DNA of 64,000 nucleotides, taken from Vulcanimicrobiota bacterium. GTDB taxonomy: Bacteria > Vulcanimicrobiota > Vulcanimicrobiia > Vulcanimicrobiales > Vulcanimicrobiaceae. Below the pieces are notes generated by a model. That model had not been told where the DNA came from. It saw nothing but the letters and a program-made list of their open reading frames with translations, and made no database searches. The translations under genes were made by a program, and so were the position numbers. Of the stretch, positions 58,997 through 64,000 are shown piece by piece (positions within the stretch are counted from its first letter, which is position 1; each line of letters begins with the position of its first letter). The DNA lies in NCBI GenBank assembly GCA_963714015.1, contig OY970223.1, positions 544,001 through 608,000 on the forward strand, in the 5' to 3' direction.

Positions 58997-59809
58997 TTAT
59001 TTTTGACAGTTGCGGCACCACCAGGTCCCGCGCCCGGCGACGACCGTTCGCACGATCCCGCCTTTGCAACGCGGACATTTCCGGCCCGCTTTTCCGTACA
59101 CCGAAAGCACGTTCTGAAACCCGCCCTTCATGCCTTCGGAATCCACGTAATCGTCGATACTGCTGCCGCGCAGCGCTACTGCGCGATTTAAAACCTCGAC
59201 GACCGCGTGATGCAGACGGCGAATGGCCGGCTTACTGAGGGATTTCGCTGGTTTTCCAGGACGTATCCCGGCTTTCCAAAGCGCTTCGCAAGCATAGATG
59301 TTACCTATACCCGCAACGCGCCGCTGATCGAGGAGCAAGACCTTGATCGGCGTCGTCCGCCCCGAAAGCATACCGATAAAGCCGTCCGGAGTAAAGTCCC
59401 CGGAAAGGGGCTCCGTGCCGAGAGCGGCATCCCAGGCCTCCTCCGCCTCCACCAGACGCATGCGTCCGAACTGCCGCACATCCGCGAAAACCAGACGGCT
59501 TTTGTCGCTTAGCTCAAGCGTGATATACCCATAAGGGTACGGCGGATCGCTTGGCCCAAGCACCACGAGGCGGCCGGTCATACGTAAACCGGTGACCAAT
59601 TTACGCCCGGAATGCAGCCGGATAACCGCATACTTTCCGCGGCGATCTACCGCTTCGATGCGCTCGCCGGTGACGGCTCGCTCGAAGTCCACACCGGCGG
59701 GCGAGACGGCCATCTTCTTTAATAACACGTGAACCGCGCAAATGGTTGTGCCGGGAAGCGTCCGCCGAAGGCCGCGAACGATCGTTTCCACTTCGGGCAA
59801 CTCCGGCAT
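58997..59809 (-). CDS. mutM: Formamidopyrimidine-DNA glycosylase
   Basis: MPELPEVE, RRGK, GIGNIY, C-terminal CxxC...CxxC zinc finger. Confidence 0.96.
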   Translation of the reverse strand: MPELPEVETIVRGLRRTLPGTTICAVHVLLKKMAVSPAGVDFERAVTGERIEAVDRRGKYAVIRLHSGRKLVTGLRMTGRLVVLGPSDPPYPYGYITLELSDKSRLVFADVRQFGRMRLVEAEEAWDAALGTEPLSGDFTPDGFIGMLSGRTTPIKVLLLDQRRVAGIGNIYACEALWKAGIRPGKPAKSLSKPAIRRLHHAVVEVLNRAVALRGSSIDDYVDSEGMKGGFQNVLSVYGKAGRKCPRCKGGIVRTVVAGRGTWWCRNCQK

Positions 59810-59829
59810 ACCTTATTAGGACTGCTCCG

Positions 59830-60288
59830 TCATTTCGGCAAGTTTCGCACGCGGGCGCCCTGCCGGAGGCCGTCTTTGGCGGCCTCGCCCGCAGCAAGCT
59901 CGATCACGTACTTCGCGTTTCCTTGTTCTCGCGGTATCGCATCATCGGTCATCGTCTGCGGAACTACGGAGACGTTTGCGAAAACTTTGCGCACGATGCC
60001 GTTTTGCGCGATGAACACCATGTCGAGCGGAATGAGCGTGTCCTTCATCCAGAACGCCACCGGTCCGTCCGTATCGAAGACGAAGACCATACCGGTGTGC
60101 GGCTTGAGCGAAGTTACCGACATCAGACCGCGCTCGCGCTGATCCTCGGTCCGCGCCACTTGCAATCGAAGCGCCGCTTTGGGCGCACGGACGACGATGG
60201 CCGAAAGCGACTGGGGCGTCGGCAGCGGCGAAGGGGAAGGCGTAGGCGACAGCTGCAGGGCGAGCAGCGCCAAAATACTATAGATCAT
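59830..60288 (-). CDS. DUF192-family protein
   Basis: RERGLM, GMVF, FWMKDT..PLD, YVIEL. Confidence 0.9.
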   Translation of the reverse strand: MIYSILALLALQLSPTPSPSPLPTPQSLSAIVVRAPKAALRLQVARTEDQRERGLMSVTSLKPHTGMVFVFDTDGPVAFWMKDTLIPLDMVFIAQNGIVRKVFANVSVVPQTMTDDAIPREQGNAKYVIELAAGEAAKDGLRQGARVRNLPK

Positions 60289-62896
60289 TGGTTTCCTCCA
60301 CGTCGTACCAGTTTTTGCCGACCTTCAGCGTGACGGCGAGCGGCACGCTCAGCTCGACCACGTTTTCCATTTCGGCGCGGACCAGGTCCGCAACGTCGCG
60401 CAGTTGCCGATCCCGAACTTCGAAGATCAACTCGTCGTGAATCTGCAGCAGCATTCGGGCGTCCAAGCCGTCCCGAGCCAGACCGCCGTCGATCCGAACC
60501 ATTGCGAGCTTCATGATGTCGGCCGCACTGCCTTGTAACGGAGCATTGGTGGCTTCCCGTTCCGCCGCCGAGCGAAGCATATAGTTGCTGGAGCGAAGCG
60601 CCGGCATGTAACGCCGCCGTCCCAACAATGTCGAGACGTAACCCTGAGCGCGCCCCTGCTCGATGACGCTCTCGATATATGCGCGTACCGAAGGGAAGCG
60701 CGCGAAGTAAGCCGCCGTCATCTCCTTGGCCTCGGCGCGGCTGATCTCCAGGCGTTGCGCCAGACCGAAATCGGACATGCCGTAGAGCAATCCGAAATTC
60801 ACTGACTTGGCGATTCGCCGCTGGTTGTGATCGGCGCCGGTTCCTGCCGGAACGTTGAAGATCTGACGCGCCGTAAAGTCATGAATGTCGGCGCCCTCGT
60901 GAAACGCCCGGCGCATCGCTTCGTCCCCGGATAGATGCGCCATCAAGCGCAGCTCGATCTGGCTGTAGTCCGCCGCGAGCAGAACGTAGCCGTCCTTCGG
61001 CGCGACGAACGCCCGCCGGATGCGCCGCCCGAGCTCGCCGCGGACGGGAATGTTCTGCAGATTCGGATTTGTAGAACTGAGCCTTCCGGTTGCCGTTGCC
61101 GTTTGATTGAAGATCGTGCGCAAACGGCCGTCTTGTTTGTCGGCAAGTTCGGGAATGACGTCGATATACGTGTTCTTGAGTTTGGTAACTTCGCGGTATT
61201 CGAGCACGCGCGCACAAATGGGATAATCGCGCGAGAGCCCTTGCAGCACTTCAACGCCGGTCGCCCACCCCGTCTTGGTTTTCTTTCCTCCGGGAATGCA
61301 GAGTCTGCCGAAGAGGATGTTGCCTAATTGCTGAGGAGAGCCTATGTTGAACTGCTCGCCGGCGAGATCGTAGATCTCTTTCTGCAGGCGTCCTATCGAG
61401 GTATCCACTTCCTGCGCCAAGCTCTCCAGCTCGCGCGGATCGACGAGCACCCCGGTCCATTCCATCTTAGCCAGCACCGGAGCCAGCGGCACCTCGACGT
61501 TTTCGTAGAGACGCAATTGTTCGCGCGCTTCCAATTCCGCTCGCTCTTTTTCGATCAACTGCAGAACCACGTCCGCATGCGCCGCAACGTCCTCTCCGGC
61601 GGAGAGCGCAAGGTTCTCTTGCGCCGCCTCTTCTATTTCCGCGAACGTCCGCGACGGGTTGAGCAGATGCGCCCCAATCATCGCATCGTCCGCGAACACG
61701 CGCGGTTCGAAGCCGCGATCGTGCAGCAGGCGGAGCACCGCTTTGACGTCGTGCGCGCCTAAACGCTGTCCGCCGAGCCACAGTTTCTCGAACGCTGCCC
61801 TCACCGGCCCATGCGCGAGCGCACCGGCCAGAAATGAGAGGCCCGTGCCGCGCTCGGCGCTGATTCCAATCTCGCCGTCGAGTTTGACGGCGAAAGCCAG
61901 CTGCCGCGCACCGGCGAGCGCCTCGATCTCCCGCGCAAGCTCCGCGTACTCGGGAGGATCGGTGGCGGAAATATATGACCGGTACCGTCCCTTCACGCGT
62001 TCCTGCGTCTCGAGCAACGGCATCTCGACCGGAACGTCGAGCTTGTTCAAAAGCGTCTTGAACTCGAGCTCGCTATAGAGACGATAGAGTTCGTCATTCG
62101 AAGGCGGCGTGTACTTGGACTCCTCCCAATCGATCGCGATCGGCAGATTCTTATTCGCGACGGAAACGTCGCGGCAGATCTGCGCCTGTTTGCCGAAGTC
62201 CTCAACCAGTTTCTGAAGCTTCGCCGTTCCGGCGAGCTGCGGATTTTCAACCAGACGATCGAGTGAGCCCGCGGCCTTGATCAATTTGATCGCCGTTTTT
62301 TCGCCGACGCCGGGAATGCCCGGCAGATTGTCGGACGGATCGCCTTTGAGACCGCGGTAGTCCGGAAGCTGCGAAGGATCCAAACCATCGTAACGCTCGC
62401 GAACGGCCGCCAAGTCGTACCGGCCCAGCTCGGTGATTCCCCGGCGCGTCATCAACACCGTCGTGCGATCGTCGACGACCTGCATGAGATCCGTGTCGCC
62501 GGTGACGACCACCGTCTCTTCCCCTGCCTCCTCGATTTGACGCGCGAGCGTCGCGATCACGTCGTCCGCTTCTTCGCCTTCGACCTCGACGATCGGAATG
62601 CGGTTCACCGCCAGAATCTGCCGCACGAGCGCGAACTGACTGCGCAAGTCGTCCGGCATTTGATCGCGCTGCGCCTTGTAATGCTGATACAGCGCCACAC
62701 GGTGCGCCGGAAGCCCCTTGTCGAACGCCGCCACGATGTGCGTGGGTTTTTCGTCGCCGGCGATCTTGTTCAGCATCATCGTAAAGCCGTACGCTGCATT
62801 GATCGGCTGGCCGCGCGTCGTCGTCAGCGGCGGCAGCGCAAAAAACGCTCGATAGATGAGCCCGTAGCTGTCGAGGAGCATGACTTTAGCGGCCAT
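60278..62896 (-). CDS. polA: DNA polymerase I
   Basis: 5'-3' exonuclease (EADD, GD.SDN), TGRLSS..PNLQNIP, DYSQIELR, K..NFG..YG, QIHDE. Confidence 0.97.
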   Translation of the reverse strand: MAAKVMLLDSYGLIYRAFFALPPLTTTRGQPINAAYGFTMMLNKIAGDEKPTHIVAAFDKGLPAHRVALYQHYKAQRDQMPDDLRSQFALVRQILAVNRIPIVEVEGEEADDVIATLARQIEEAGEETVVVTGDTDLMQVVDDRTTVLMTRRGITELGRYDLAAVRERYDGLDPSQLPDYRGLKGDPSDNLPGIPGVGEKTAIKLIKAAGSLDRLVENPQLAGTAKLQKLVEDFGKQAQICRDVSVANKNLPIAIDWEESKYTPPSNDELYRLYSELEFKTLLNKLDVPVEMPLLETQERVKGRYRSYISATDPPEYAELAREIEALAGARQLAFAVKLDGEIGISAERGTGLSFLAGALAHGPVRAAFEKLWLGGQRLGAHDVKAVLRLLHDRGFEPRVFADDAMIGAHLLNPSRTFAEIEEAAQENLALSAGEDVAAHADVVLQLIEKERAELEAREQLRLYENVEVPLAPVLAKMEWTGVLVDPRELESLAQEVDTSIGRLQKEIYDLAGEQFNIGSPQQLGNILFGRLCIPGGKKTKTGWATGVEVLQGLSRDYPICARVLEYREVTKLKNTYIDVIPELADKQDGRLRTIFNQTATATGRLSSTNPNLQNIPVRGELGRRIRRAFVAPKDGYVLLAADYSQIELRLMAHLSGDEAMRRAFHEGADIHDFTARQIFNVPAGTGADHNQRRIAKSVNFGLLYGMSDFGLAQRLEISRAEAKEMTAAYFARFPSVRAYIESVIEQGRAQGYVSTLLGRRRYMPALRSSNYMLRSAAEREATNAPLQGSAADIMKLAMVRIDGGLARDGLDARMLLQIHDELIFEVRDRQLRDVADLVRAEMENVVELSVPLAVTLKVGKNWYDVEETNDL

Positions 62897-62919
62897 CTGA
62901 TCCCAAATATGCCGGCTTC

Positions 62920-63086
62920 AGCGCTTCGGGCGGTGGGGTAGGCTGCGGAAAGAACGCTCGAAAATCGCCGTCCATGGCGATTTTCTGCTTGCTGCATTTT
63001 CGCGAGACAAGTGATGAAGAAACCATCCTGGTTTGCGCGAAAATAGCAGACATCTTTCCGCAGCCTACCCCTCCGCCCGAAGCACT
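62920..63086. repeat. 167-bp element with 34-bp terminal inverted repeats (MITE/REPIN-like)
   Basis: Arms 62920-62953 and 63053-63086 match at 32/34 positions; internal hairpins. Confidence 0.8.
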
Positions 63087-63142
63087 TAGCGTCTCAGCTG
63101 TAGGATATGCGGCAAAAAGCATGCGATCTTCGAGAGCTACGG

Positions 63143-64000
63143 TCACTGAACGATCAGGTCTGAGGAGGCGGCTGTGACGCGGCCGTCGTCGTCGATCTTG
63201 AGCAAGGACAGATGGTATTTGCCGGGTTGATCGGGGACGAGGATCTGCGTCGAGTCGCCGGCGCGGCGATCGACGCGCCAGAATACGCTGCTGGTGCTCG
63301 CTTCGGTCATCGTGAGATCGGCGGGGGGCGCCGAGCGGCGTAAGAACGTTTGCACCAAGGGATGTTCGCCGGTGGAATCGACGCCGGGATGCCAGGAAGA
63401 AGCGCCGGATGCGGTGTCTTGCGTTGCCGTGGTACCGATGGCCAGCAAATCGGGCGCGTTGGAGAAGAACGCGGAGCCGGTTGGAAGTCCCTTGGTGATG
63501 CGCACGACTATCGTTCCGGTTCCGGGGCGCACGCCGTCGAGCGTTGCAGTCGCGACGGCGCCCGGTGCGTAGGCCGTTTTATCGAGCATCAGCGCTGCCT
63601 GAAGCGGACGCCCCGGTGCATCGACAATTACGGGAACCGAGCTCCATTGAACCTCGCCGTCGCGAACGAAGGCGGCGCCCACTGAAAGCATCCCCGGTCC
63701 GTCCTCGATTTTGAACGATGCGTGCGCGCGTCCGCCGCCGGCCGGCACGACGCGAATCTCCGTCGATGCGCCGCTCTCCATCGTCACGAGCGCCGAACCC
63801 TGCGCGCCCGGGAGTTCCGCGTCGACTTGCGCGACGTCGCCGGCTGCGTAGCGCCGGCGATCTAGAACGATGCGAACGTTCTGATTACCGGACGCATCCT
63901 GCATCTGCATGGTTTGTGGTTCCACCGTGACTTCCGCCGCATCCATTGCGCGTCCGGAAATCGCAACGATGAGGTTGGAACCCTCCTGCGGCGAGCTGAA
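63143..64000 (-). CDS. Alpha-2-macroglobulin-like MG-domain protein (3' part; continues beyond the window)
   Basis: D...Y..GD and DK..Y.PG MG-domain starts, ALVT.E, W....PD..G.Y. Frame is open to the window edge. Confidence 0.6.
   Translation of the reverse strand, partial: FSSPQEGSNLIVAISGRAMDAAEVTVEPQTMQMQDASGNQNVRIVLDRRRYAAGDVAQVDAELPGAQGSALVTMESGASTEIRVVPAGGGRAHASFKIEDGPGMLSVGAAFVRDGEVQWSSVPVIVDAPGRPLQAALMLDKTAYAPGAVATATLDGVRPGTGTIVVRITKGLPTGSAFFSNAPDLLAIGTTATQDTASGASSWHPGVDSTGEHPLVQTFLRRSAPPADLTMTEASTSSVFWRVDRRAGDSTQILVPDQPGKYHLSLLKIDDDGRVTAASSDLIVQ

Noticed and set aside
62886..63177. Two opposing ORFs sharing FPQPTPPPEAL
   Set aside because: By-product of the inverted repeat.

Overview
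A 64-kb, GC-rich bacterial chromosomal segment. Gene content (LptD/LptC/LptF-G, Lnt, OM beta-barrels, four-domain S1, SigB-like promoter, many Pro/Ser/Thr-linker secreted proteins) suggests a diderm Terrabacterium, plausibly Vulcanimicrobiota/Eremiobacterota; this is inference, not a database result. Contents in order: a HisA-like gene and citrate synthase; a dcw cluster (mraZ-rsmH-ftsL-ftsI-murE-murF-[CofE-like ligase]-mraY-murD-ftsW-[DUF2332]-murG-murC-murB-ddl) with no ftsQ/A/Z; an accessory stretch of hydrolases, peptidases and small regulators; a porin-sORF-kdpFABC operon; a tandem-domain, kinase-less KdpD head-to-head with a membrane histidine kinase, NarL regulator and MEDS protein; an slt-lptF/G-lptD and lnt-lptC envelope region; two KGG stress proteins; and polA-DUF192-mutM-rpsA-coaE. 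Most notable: two uncharacterised enzymes translationally coupled inside the peptidoglycan operon (a candidate wall-modification system), the split Kdp signalling system, three apparent non-canonical start codons, several structured intergenic elements, and three small genes below the ORF-track cut-off (a 28-aa kdp peptide, kdpF, a metallothionein). Eight frameshifts between about 22 and 48 kb are probably sequencing errors. No rRNA, tRNA, CRISPR array or transposase was recognised.
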